Shown piece after piece: positions 45,601 to 60,060 of a stretch of DNA of 64,000 nucleotides. The notes under the pieces were generated by a model. That model saw only the letters and a program-made list of their open reading frames with translations, ran no database searches and was not told where the DNA came from. The position numbers and the translations under genes were made by a program. The DNA comes from the human T2T-CHM13v2.0 reference genome, Homo sapiens: the NCBI RefSeq assembly GCF_009914755.1, contig NC_060925.1; one strand, written 5' to 3'. The number at the start of each line of letters is the position of its first letter. The first letter of the stretch is position 1.

Positions 45601-48600
45601 TCGAATGGAATCGAAGAGAATCTTCGAACGGACCCGAATGGAATCATCTAATGGAATGGAATGGAATAATCCATGGACTCGAATGCAATCATCATCTAAT
45701 GGAATCGAATGGAGTCATCGAATGGACTCGAATGGAATAATCATTGAACGGAATCGAATGGAATCATCATCGGATGGAAACGAATGGAATCATCATCGAA
45801 TGGAAATGAAAGGAGTCATCATCTAATGGAATTGCATGGAATCATCATAAAATGGAATCGAATGGAATCAACATCAAATGGAATCAAATGGAATCATTGA
45901 ACGGAATTGAATGGAATCGTCATCGAATGAATTGACTGCAATCATCGAATGGTCTCGAATGGAATCATCTTCAAATGGAATGGAATGGAATCATCGCATA
46001 GAATCGAATGGAATTATCATCGAATGGAATCGAATGGAATCAACATCAAACGGAAAAAAACAGAATTATCGTATGGAATCTAAGAGAATCATCGAATGGA
46101 CCCGAATGGAATCATCTAATGGAATGGAATGGAATAATCCATGGACTCGAATGCAATCATCATCGAATGGAATCGAATGGAATCATCGAATGGACTCGAA
46201 TGGAATAATCATTGAACGGAATAGAATGGAATCATCATCGGATGGAAATGAATGGAATCATCATCGAATGGAATCGAATACAATTATGGAAGGAAATCCA
46301 GTGTGATCATCATCGAATGGACCCGAATGGAATCATCATCCAACGGAAGCTAATGGAATCAACATCGAATGAATCGAATGGAAACACCATCGAATTGAAA
46401 CGAATGGAATTATCATGAAATTGAAATGGATGGACTCATCATCGAATGGATTCGAATGGATAAAAGTGATTGAAATCATCATCAAATGGAATCGAATGGT
46501 ATCATTGAATGGAATCGAATGGAATCATCATCAGATGGAAATGAATGGAATCGTCATAGAATGGAATCGAATGGATTCATTGAATGGAATCAGATGGAAT
46601 CATCGAATGGACTGGAATGGAATCATTGAATGGACTCGAAAGGGATCATTATTGAATGGAATTGAATGGAATCATCGAATGGTCTCGATTGGAATCATTA
46701 TCAAATGGAATCGAATGGAATCACCGAATAGAATCGAATGGAACAATCATCGAATGGACTCAAATGGAATTATCCTCAAATGGAATCGAATGGAATTATC
46801 GAATGCAATCGAATGGAATTATCGAATGCAATCGAATAGAATCATCGAAAGGACTCGAATGGAATCATCGAATGGAATGGAATGGAACAGTCAATGAACT
46901 CGAATGGAATCATCATTGAATGGAATCGAATGGAATCATCGAGTGGAATTGAATGGAATTATGATCAAATGGAATCGAATGTAATCATCATCAAATGGAA
47001 TCAAAAATAACCATCATCAATTGGTATTGAATGGAATTGTCATCAAATGGAATTCAAAGGAATCATCATCAAATGGAACCGAATGGAATCCTCATTGAAT
47101 GGAAATGAAAGGGGTCATCATCTAATGGAATCGCATGGAATCATCATCAAATGGAATCGAATGGAATCATCATCAAATGGAATCTAATGGAATCATTGAA
47201 CAGAATTGAATGGAATCGTCATCGAATGAATTGAATGCAATCATCGAATGGTCTCGAATGGAATCATCTTCTAATGGAAAGGAATGGAATCATCGCATAG
47301 AATCGAATGGAATTATCATCGAATGGAATCGAATGGTATCAACACCAAACGGAAAAAAACGGAATTATCGAATGGAATCGAAGAGAATCTTCGAACGGAC
47401 CCGAATGGAATCATCTAATGGAATGGAATGGAATAATCCATGGACTCGAATGCAATCATCATCGAATGGAATCGAATGGAATCATCGAATGGACTCGAAT
47501 GGAATAATCATTGAACGGAATCGAATGGAATCATCATCGGATGGAAACGAATGGAATCATCATCGAATGGAAATGAAAGGAGTCATCATCTAATGGTATT
47601 GCATGGAATCATCATAAAATGGAATCGAATGGAATCAACATCAAATGGAATCAAATGGAATCATTGAACGGAATTGAATGGAATCGTCATCGAATGAATT
47701 GACTGCAATCATCGAATGGTCTCGAATGGAATCATCTTCAAATGGAATGGAATGGAATCATCGCATAGAATCGAATGGAATTATCATCGAATGGAATCGA
47801 ATGGAATCAACATCAAACGGAAAAAAACAGAATTATCGTATGGAATCGAAGAGAATCATCGAAGGGACCCGAATGGAATCATCTAATGGAATGGAATGGA
47901 ATAATCCATGGACTCGAATGCAATCATCATCGAATGGAATCGAATGGAATCATCGAATGGACTCGAATGGAATAATCATTGAACGGAATCGAATGGAATC
48001 ATCATCGGATGGAAATGAATGGAATCATCATCGAATGGAATCGAATAGAATTATGGAATGAAATCCAGTGTGATCATCATCGAATGGACCCGAATGGAAT
48101 CATCATCCAACGGAAGCTAATGGAATCAACATCGAATGAATCGAATGGAAACACCATCGAATTGAAACGAATGGAATTATCATGAAATTGAAATGGATGG
48201 ACTCATCATCGAATGGATTCGAATGGAATCATCGAATAAAATTGATTGAAATCATCATCCAATGGAATCGAATGGTATCATTGAATGGAATCGAATGGAA
48301 TCATCATCAGATGGAAATGAATGGAATCGTCATAGAATGGAATCGAATGGATTCATTGAATGGAATCAGATGGAATCATCGAATGGACTGGAATGGAATC
48401 ATTGAATGGACTCGAAAGGGATCATTATTGAATGGAATTGAATGGAATCATCGAATGGTCTCGATTGGAATCATTATCAAATGGAATCGAATGGAATCAC
48501 CGAACAGAATCGAATGGAACAATCATCGAATGGACTCAAATGGAATTATCCTCAAATGGAATCGAATGGAATTATCGAATGCAATCGAATGGAATTATCG

Positions 48601-49375
48601 AATGCAATCGAATAGAATCATCGAATGGACTCGAATGGAATCATCGAATGGAATGGAATGGAACAGTCAATGAACTCGAATGGAATCATCATTGAAAGGA
48701 ATCGAATGGAATCATCGAGTGGAATTGAATGGAATTATGATCAAATGGAATCGAATATAATCATCATCAAATGGAATCAAAAATAACCATCATCAATTGG
48801 TATTGAATGGAATTGTCATCAAATGGAATTCAAAGGAATCATCATCAAATGGAACCGAATGGAATCCTCATTGAATGGAAATGAAAGGGGTCATCATCTA
48901 ATGGAATCGCATGGAATCATCATCAAATGGAATCGAATGGAATCATCATCAAATGGTATCTAATGGAATCATTGAACAGAATTGAATGGAATCGTCATCG
49001 AATGAATTGAATGCAATCATCGAATGGTCTCGAATGGAATCATCTTCTAATGGAAAGGAATGGAATCATCGCATAGAATCGAATGGAATTATCATCGAAT
49101 GGAATCGAATGGTATCAACACCAAACGGAAAAAAGCGGAATTATCGAATGGAATCGAAGAGAATCTTCGAACGGACCCGAATGGAATCATCTAATGGAAT
49201 GGAATGGAATAATCCATGGACTCGAATGCAATCATCATCGAATGGAATCGAATGGAATCATCGAATGGACTCGAATGGAATAATCATTGAACGGAATCGA
49301 ATGGAATCATCATCGGATGGAAACGAATGGAATCATCATCGAATGGAAATGAAAGGAGTCATCATCTAATGGAAT
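36688..49375 (+). repeat. 12,688-bp higher-order block, copy 2 (directly tandem)
   Basis: As for copy 1. Last shared marker is TGGTATCTAAT (36269/48957). The 4-bp deletion expected near 49499 for a third copy is absent. Confidence 0.92.
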
Positions 49376-49880
49376 TGCATGGAATCATCATAAAATGGAA
49401 TCGAATGGAATCAACATCAAATGGAATCAAATGGAATCATTGAACGGAATTGAATGGAATCGTCATCGAATGAATTGACTGCAATCATCGAATGGTCTCG
49501 AATGGAATCATCTTCAAATGGAATGGAATGGAATCATCGCATAGAATCGAATGGAATTATCATCGAATGGAATCGAATGGAATCAACATCAAACGGAAAA
49601 AAACGGAATTATCGAATGGAATCGAAGAGAATCATCGAATGGACCCGAATGGAATCATCTAATGGAATGGAATGGAATAATCCATGGACTCGAATGCAAT
49701 CATCATCGAATGGAATCGAATGGAATCATCGAATGGACTCGAATGGAATAATCATTGAACGGAATCGAATGGAATCATCATCGGATGGAAATGAATGGAA
49801 TCATCATCGAATGGAATCGAATAGAATTATGGAATGAAATCCAGCGTGATCATCATCGAATGGACCCGAATGGAATCATC

Positions 49881-52800
49881 ATCCAACGGAAGCTAATGGA
49901 ATCAACATCGAATGAATCGAATGGAAACACCATCGAATTGAAACGAATGGAATTATAATGAAATTGAAATGGATGGACTCATCATCGAATGGATTCGAAT
50001 GGAATCATCGAATAAAATTGATTGAAATCATCATCCAATGGAATCGAATGGTATCATTGAATGGAATGGAATGGAATCATCATCAGATGGAAATGAATGG
50101 AATCGTCATAGAATGGAATCGAATGGATTCATTGAATGGAATCAGATGGAATCATCGAATGGACTGGAATGGAATCATTGAATGGACTCGAAAGGGATCA
50201 TGATTGAATGGAATTGAATGGAATCATCGAATGGTCTCGATTGGAATCATTATCAAATGGAATCGAATGGAATCACCGAATAGAATCGAATGGAACAGTC
50301 ATCGCATGGACTCAAATGGAATTATCCTCAAATGGAATCGAATGGAATTATCGAATGCAATCGAATGGAATTATCGAATGCAATCGAATAGAATCATCGA
50401 ATGGACTCGAATGGAATCATCGAATGGAATGGAATGGAACAGTCAATGAACTCGAATGGAATCATCATTGAATGGAATCGAATGGAATCATCGAGTGGAA
50501 TCGAATGGAATTATGATCAAATGGAATCGAATGTAATCATCATCAAATGGAATCAAAAATAACCATCATCAATTGGTATTGAATGGAATTGTCATCAAAT
50601 GGAATTCAAAGGAATCATCATCAAATGGAACCGAATGGAATCCTCATTGAATGGAAATGAAAGGGGTCATCATCTAATGGAATCGCATGGAATCATCATC
50701 AAATGGAATCGAATGGAATCATCATCAAATGGAATCTAATGGAATCATTGAACAGAATTGAATGGAATCGTCATCGAATGAATTGAATGCAATCATCGAA
50801 TGGTCTCGAATGGAATCATCTTCTAATGGAAAGGAATGGAATCATCGCATAGAATCGAATGGAATTATCATCGAATGGAATCGAATGGTATCAACACCAA
50901 ACGGAAAAAAACGGAATTATCGAATGGAATCGAAGAGAATCTTCGAACGGACCCGAATGGAATCATCTAATGGAATGGAATGGAATAATCCATGGACTCG
51001 AATGCAATCATCATCAAATGGAATCGAATGGAATCATCGAATGGACTTGAATGGAATAATCATTGAACGGAATCGATTGGAATCATCATCGGATGGAAAC
51101 GAATGGAATCATCATCGAATGGAAATGAAAGGAGTCATCATCTAATGGAATTGCATGGAATCATCATAAAATGGAATCGAATGGAATCAACATCAAATGG
51201 AATCAAATGGAATCATTGAACGGAATTGAATGGAATCGTCATCGAATGAATTGACTGCAATCATCCAATGGTCTCGAATGGAATCATCTTCAAGTGGAAT
51301 GGAATGGAATCATCGCATAGAATCGAATGGAATTATCATCGAATGGAATCGAATGGAATCAACATCCAACGGAAAAAAACGGAATTATCGAATGGAATCG
51401 AAGAGAATCATCGAATGGACCCGAATGGAATCATCTAATGGAATGGAATGGAATAATCCATGGACTCGAATGCAATCATCATCGAATGGAATCGAATGGA
51501 ATCATCGAATGGACTCGAATGGAATAATCATTGAACGGAATCGAATGGAATCATCATCGGATGGAAATGAATGGAATCATCATCGAATGGAATCGAATAG
51601 AATTATGGAATGAAATCCAGTGTGATCATCATCGAATGGACCCGAATGGAATCATCATCCAACGGAAGCTAATGGAATCAACATCGAATGAATCAAATGG
51701 AAACACCATCGAATTGAAACGAATGGAATTATCATGAAATTGAAATGGATGGACTCATCATCGAATGGATTCGAATGGAATCATCGAATAAAATTGATTG
51801 AAATCATCATCCAATGGAATCGAATGGTATCATTGAATGGAATCGAATGGAATCATCATCAGATGGAAATGAATGGAATCGTCATAGAATGGAATCGAAT
51901 GGATTCATTGAATTGAATCAGATGGAATCATCGAATGGACTGGAATGGAATCATTGAATGGACTCGAAAGGGATCATGATTGAATGGAATTGAATGGAAT
52001 CATCGAATGGTCTCGATTGGAATCATTATCAAATGGAATCGAATGGAATCACCGAATAGAATCGAATGGAACAATCATCGAATGGACTCAAATGGAATTA
52101 TCCTCAAATGGAATCGAATGGAATTATCGAATGCAATCGAATGGAATTATCGATTGCAATCGAATAGAATCATCGAATGGACTCGAATGGAATCATCGAA
52201 TGGAATGGAATGGAACAGTCAATGAACTCGAATGGAATCATCATTGAATGGAATCGAATGGAATCATCGAGTGGAATCGAATGGAATTATGATCAAATGG
52301 AATCGAATGTAATCATCATCAAATGGAATCAAAAATAACCATCATCAATTGGTATTGAATGGAATTGTCATCAAATGGAATTCAAAGGAATCATCATCAA
52401 ATGGAACCGAATGGAATCCTCATTGAATGGAAATGAAAGGGGTCATCATCTAATGGAATCGCATGGAATCATCATCTAATGGAATCGAATGGAATCATCA
52501 TCAAATGGAATCTAATGGAATCATTGAACAGAATGGAATGGAATCATCATCGAATGAATTGAATGCAATCATCGAATGGTCTCGAATGGAATCATCTTCT
52601 AATGGAAAGGAATGGAATCATCGCATAGAATCGAATGGAATTATCATCGAATGGAATCGAATGGTATCAACACCAAACGGAAAAAAACGGAATTATCGAA
52701 TGGAATCGAAGAGAATCTTCGAACGGACCCGAATGGAATCATCTAATGGAATGGAATGGAATAATCCATGGACTCGAATGCAATCATCATCGAATGGAAT

Positions 52801-55800
52801 CGAATGGAATCATCGAATGGACTCGAATGGAATAATCATTGAACGGAATCGAATGGAATCATCATCGGATGGAAACGAATGGAATCATCATCGAATGGAA
52901 ATGAAAGGAGTCATCATCTAATGGAATTGCATGGAATCATCATAAAATGGAATCGAATGGAATCAACATCAAATGGAATCAAATGGAATCATTGAACGGA
53001 ATTGAATGGAATCGTCATCGAATGAATTGACTGCAATCATCGAATGGTCTCGAATGGAATCATCTTCAAATGGAATGGAATGGAATCATCGCATAGAATC
53101 GAATGGAATTATCATCGAATGGAATCGAATGGAATCAACATCAAACGGAAAAAAACGGAATTATCGAATGGAATCGAAGAGAATCATCGAATGGACCCGA
53201 ATGGAATCATCTAATGGAATGGAATGGAATAATCCATGGACTCGAATGCAATCATCATCGAATGGAATCGAATGGAATCATCGAATGGACTCGAATGGAA
53301 TAATCATTGAACGGAATCGAATGGAATCATCATCGGATGGAAATGAATGGAATCATCATCGAATGGAATCGAATAGAATTATGGAATGAAATCCAGTGTG
53401 ATCATCATCGAATGGACCCGAATGGAATCATCATCCAACGGAAGCTAATGGAATCAACATCGAATGAATCAAATGGAAACACCATCGAATTGAAACGAAT
53501 GGAATTATCATGAAATTGAAATGGATGGACTCATCATCGAATGGATTCGAATGGAATCATCGAATAAAATTGATTGAAATCATCATCGAATGGAATCGAA
53601 TGGTATCATTGAATGGAATCGAATGGAATCATCATCAGATGGAAATGAATGGAATCGTCATAGAATGGAATCGAATGGATTCATTGAATGGAATCAGATG
53701 GAATCATCGAATGGACTGGAATGGAATCATTGAATGGACTCGAAAGGGATCATGATTGAATGGAATTGAATGGAATCATCGAATGGTCTCGATTGGAATC
53801 ATTATCAAATGGAATCGAATGGAATCACCGAATAGAATCGAATGGAACAATCATCGAATGGACTCAAATGGAATTATCCTCAAATGGAATCGAATGGAAT
53901 TATCGAATGCAATTGAATGGAATTATCGAATGCAATCGAATAGAATCATCGAATGGACTCGAATGGAATCATCGAATGGAATGGAATGGAACAGTCAATG
54001 AACTCGAATGGAATCATCATTGAATGGAATCGAATGGAATCATCGAGTGGAATCGAATGGAATTATGATCAAATGGAATCGAATGTAATCATCATCAAAT
54101 GGAATCAAAAATAACCATCATCAATTGGTATTGAATGGAATTGTCATCAAATGGAATTCAAAGGAATCATCATCAAATGGAACCGAATGGAATCCTCATT
54201 GAATGGAAATGAAAGGGGTCATCATCTAATGGAATCGCATGGAATCATCATCAAATGGAATCGAATGGAATCATCATCAAATGGAATCTAATGGAATCAT
54301 TGAACAGAATTGAATGGAATCGTCATCGAATGAATTGAATGCAATCATCGAATGGTCTCGAATGGAATCATCTTCTAATGGAAAGGAATGGAATCATCGC
54401 ATAGAATCGAATGGAATTATCATCGAATGGAATCGAATGGTATCAACACCAAACGGAAAAAAACGGAATTATCGAATGGAATCGAAGAGAATCTTCGAAC
54501 GGACCCGAATGGAATCATCTAATGGAATGGAATGGAATAATCCATGGACTCGAATGCAATCATCATCGAATGGAATCGAATGGAATCATCGAATGGACTC
54601 GAATGGAATAATCATTGAACGGAATCGAATGGAATCATCATCGGATGGAAACGAATGGAATCAACATCGAATTGAAATGAAAGGAGTCATCATCTAATGG
54701 AATTGCATGGAATCATCATAAAATGGAATCGAATGGAATCAACATCAAATGGAATCAAATGGAATCATTGAACGGAATTGAATGGAATCGTCATCGAATG
54801 AATTGACTGCAATCATCGAATGGTCTCGAATGGAATCATCTTCAAATGGAATGGAATGGAATCATCGCATAGAATCGAATGGAATTATCATCGAATGGAA
54901 TCGAATGGAATCAACATCAAACGGAAAAAAACGGAATTATCGAATGGAATCGAAGAGAATCATCGAATGGACCCAAATGGAATCATCTAATGGAATGGAA
55001 TGGAATAATCCATGGACTCGAATGCAATCATCATCGAATGGAATCGAATGGAATCATCGAATGAACTCGAATGGAATCATCATTGAATGGAATCGAATGG
55101 AATCATCGAGTGGAATCGAATGGAATTATGATCAAATGGAATCGAATGTAATCATCATCAAATGGAATCAAAAATAACCATCATCAATTGGTATTGAATG
55201 GAATTGTCATCAAATGGAATTCAAAGGAATCATCATCAAATGGAACCGAATGGAATCTTCATTGAATGGAAATGAAAGGGGTCATCATCTAATGGAATCG
55301 CATGGAATCATCATCAAATGGAATCGAATGGAATCATCATCAAATGGAATCTAATGGAATCATTGAACAGAATTGAATGGAATCGTCATCGAATGAATTG
55401 AATGCAATCATCGAATGGTCTCGAATGGAATCATCTTCTAATGGAAAGGAATGGAATCATCGCATAGAATCGAATGGAATTATCATCGAATGGAATCGAA
55501 TGGTATCAACACCAAACTGAAAAAAACGGAATTATCGAATGGAATCGAAGAGAATCTTCGAACGGACCCGAATGGAATCATCTAATGGAATGGAATGGAA
55601 TAATCCATGGACTCGAATGCAATCATCATCGAATGGAATCGAATGGAATCATCGAATGGACTCGAATGGAATAATCATTGAACGGAATCGAATGGAATCA
55701 TCATCGGATGGAAACGAATGGAATCATCATCGAATGGAAATGAAAGGAGTCATCATCTAATGGAAATGCATGGAATCATCATAAAATGGAATCGAATGGA

Positions 55801-58191
55801 ATCAACATCAAATGGAATCAAATGGAATCATTGAACGGAATTGAATGGAATCGTCATCGAATGAATTGAATGCAATCATCGAATGGTCTCGAATGGAATC
55901 ATCTTCAAATGGAATGGAATGGAATCATCGCATAGAATCGAATGGAATTATCATCGAATGGAATCGAATGGAATCAACATCAAACGGAAAAAAACGGAAT
56001 TATCGAATGGAATCGAAGAGAATCATCGAATGGACCCGAATGGAATCATCTAATGGAATGGAATGGAATAATCCATGGACTCGAATGCAATCATCATCGA
56101 ATGGAATCGAATGGAATCATCGAATGGACTCGAATGGAATAATCATTGAACGGAAACGAATGGAATCATCATCGGATGGAAATGAATGGAATCATCATCG
56201 AATAGAATCGAATAGAATTATGGAATGAAATCCAGTGTGATCATCATCGAATGGACCCGAATGGAATCATCATCCAACGGAAGCTAATGGAATCAACATC
56301 GAATGAATCGAATGGAAACACCATCGAATTGAAACGAATGGAATTATCATGAAATTGAAATGGATGGACTCATCATCGAATGGATTCGAATGGAATCATC
56401 GAATAAAATTGATTGAAATCATCATCGAATGGAATCGAATGGTATCATTGAATGGAATCGAATGGAATCATCATCAGATGGAAATGAATGGAATCGTCAT
56501 AGAATGGAATCGAATGGATTCATTGAATGGAATCAGATGGAATCATCGAATGGACTGGAATGGAATCATTGAATGGACTCGAAAGGGATCATGATTGAAT
56601 GGAATTGAATGGAATCATCGAATGGTCTCGATTGGAATCATTATCAAATGGAATCGAATGGAATCACCGAATAGAATCGAATGGAACAATCATCGAATGG
56701 ACTCAAATGGAATTATCCTCCAATGGAATCGAATGGAATTATCGAATGCAATCGAATGGAATTATCGAATGCAATCGAATAGAATCATCGAATGGACTCG
56801 AATGGAATCATCGAATGGAATGGAATGGAACAGTCAATGAACTCGAATGGAATCATCATTGAATGGAATCGAATGGAATCATCGAGTGGAATCGAATGGA
56901 ATTATGATCAAATGGAATCGAATGTAATCATCATCAAATGGAATCAAAAATAACCATCATCAATTGGTATTGAATGGAATTGTCATCAAATGGAATTCAA
57001 AGGAATCATCATCAAATGGAACCGAATGGAATCCTCATTGAATGGAAATGAAAGGGGTCATCATCTAATGGAATCGCATGGAATCATCATCAAATGGAAT
57101 CGAACGGAATCATCATCAAATGGAATCTAATGGAATCATTGAACAGAATTGAATGGAATCGTCATCGAATGAATTGAATGCAATCATCGAATGGTCTCGA
57201 ATGGAATCATCTTCTAATGGAAAGGAATGGAATCATCGCATAGAATCGAATGGAATTATCATCGAATGGAATCGAATGGTATCAACACCAAACGGAAAAA
57301 AACGGAATTATCGAATGGAATCGAAGAGAATCTTCGAACGGACCTGAATGGAATCATCTAATGGAATGGAATGGAATAATCCATGGACTCGAATGCAATC
57401 ATCATCGAATGGAATCGAATGGAATCATCGAATGGACTCGAATGGAATAATCATTGAACGGAATCGAATGGAATCATCATCGGATGGAAACGAATGGAAT
57501 CATCATCGAATGGAAATGAAAGGAGTCATCATCTAATGGAATTGCATGGAATCATCATAAAATGGAATCGAATGGAATCAACATCAAATGGAATCAAATG
57601 GAATCATTGAACGGAATTGAATGGAATCGTCATCGAATGAATTGACTGCAATCATCGAATGGTCTCGAATGGAATCATCTTCAAATGGAATGGAATGGAA
57701 TCATCGCATAGAATCGAATGGAAGTATCATCGAATGGAATCGAATGGAATCAACATCAAACGGAAAAAAACGGAATTATCGAATGGAATCGAAGAGAATC
57801 ATCGAATGGACCCGAATGGAATCATCTAATGGAATGGAATGGAATAATCCATGGACTCGAATGCAATCATCATCGAATGGAATCGAATGGAATCATCGAA
57901 TGAACTCGAATGGAATCATCATTGAATGGAATCGAATGGAATCATCGAGTGGAATCGAATGGAATTATGATCAAATGGAATCGAATGTAATCATCATCAA
58001 ATGGAATCAAAAATAACCATCATCAATTGGTATTGAATGGAATTGTCATCAAAAGGAATTCAAAGGAATCATCATCAAATGGAACCGAATGGAATCCTCA
58101 TTGAATGGAAATGAATGGGGTCATCATCTAACGGAATCGCATGGAATCATCATCAAATGGAATCGAATGGAATCATCATCAAATGGAATCT
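49881..58191 (+). repeat. Block A-B-C-D, copy 2
   Basis: ORF starts 49958, 51734, 53510, 56349, 57153 and 57621 equal 78, 1854, 3630, 6469, 7273 and 7741 plus 49,880, with shared private variants. Confidence 0.9.
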
Positions 58192-60060
58192 AATGGAATC
58201 ATTGAACAGAATTGAATGGAATCGTCATCGAATGAATTGAATGCAATCATCGAATGGTCTCGAATGGAATCATCTTCTAATGGAAAGGAATGGAATCATC
58301 GCATAGAATCGAATGGAATTATCATCGAATGGAATCGAATGGTATCAACACCAAACGGAAAAAAACGGAATTATCGAATGGAATCGAAGAGAATCTTCGA
58401 ACGGACCCGAATGGAATCATCTAATGGAATGGAATGGAATAATCCATGGACTCGAATGCAATCATCATCGAATGGAATCGAATGGAATCATCGAATGGAC
58501 TCGAATGGAATAATCATTGAACGGAAACGAATGGAATCATCATCGGATGGAAATGAATGGAATCATCATCGAATGGAATCGAATAGAATTATGGAATGAA
58601 ATCCAGTGTGATCATCATCGAATGGACCCGAATGGAATCATCATCCAACGGAAGCTAATGGAATCAACATCGAATGAATCGAATGGAAACACCATCGAAT
58701 TGAAACGAATGGAATTATCATGAAATTGAAATGGATGGACTCATCATCGAATGGATTCGAATGGAATCATCGAATAAAATTGATTGAAATCATCATCGAA
58801 TGGAATCGAATTGTATCATTGAATGGAATCGAATGGAATCATCATCAGATGGAAATGAATGGAATCGTCATAGAATGGAATCGAATGGATTCATTGAATG
58901 GAATCAGATGGAATCATCGAATGGACTGGAATGGAATCATTGAATGGACTCAAAAGGGATCATGATTGAATGGAGTTGAATGGAATCATCGAATGGTCTC
59001 GATTGGAATCATTATCAAATGGAATCGAATGGAATCACCGAATAGAATCGAATGGAACAATCATCGAATGGACTCAAATGGAATTATCCTCCAATGGAAT
59101 CGAATGGAATTATCGAATGCAATCGAATGGAATTATCGAATGCAATCGAATAGAATCATCGAATGGACTCGAATGGAATCATCGAATGGAATGGAATGGA
59201 ACAGTCAATGAACTCGAATGGAATCATCATTGAATGGAATCGAATGGAATCATCGAGTGGAATCGAATGGAATTATGATCAAATGGAATCGAATATAATC
59301 ATCATCAAATGGAATCAAAAATAACCATCATCAATTGGTATTGAATGGAATTCTCATCAAATGGAATTCAAAAGAATCATCATCAAATGGAACTGAATGG
59401 AATCCTCATTGAATGGAAATGAAAGGGGTCATCATCTAATGGAATCGCATGGAATCATCATCAAATGGAATCGAATGGAATCATCATCAAATGGAATCTG
59501 ATGGAATCATTGAACAGAATTGAATGGAATCGTCATCGAATGAATTGAATGCAATCATCGAATGGTCTCGAATGCAATCACATTCTAATGGAAAGGAATG
59601 GAATCATCGCATAGAATCGAATGGAATTAACATTGAATGGACTCGAATGGAATCAACATCAAACGGAATCAAGCGGAATTATCGAATGGAATCGAAGAGA
59701 ATCATCGAATGGACTCGAAAGGAATCATCTTCTAATGGAAAGGAATGGAATCATCGCATAGAATCGAATGGAATTATCATCGAATGGAATCGAATGGTAT
59801 CAACACCAAACGGAAAAAAACGGAATTATCGAATGGAATCGAAGAGAATCTTCGAACGGACCCGAATGGAATCATCTAATGGAATGGAATGGAATAATCC
59901 ATGGACTCGAATGCAATCATCATCGAATGGAATCGAATGGAATCATCGAATGGACTCGAATGGAATAATCATTGAACGGAATCGAATGGAATCATCATCG
60001 GATGGAAACGAATGGAATCATCATCGAATGGAAATGAAAGGAGTCATCATCTAATGGAAT

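Noticed and set aside
26405-60008. Block 26405-30008 recurs at an offset of exactly 30,000 bp (56405-60008), suggesting an artificial copy-paste
   Set aside because: The copies differ (T/C at 28132/58132, T/A at 29720/59720), the 58132 allele is shared with 8252, and the offset is simply the sum of intervening unit lengths. The round number looks coincidental.
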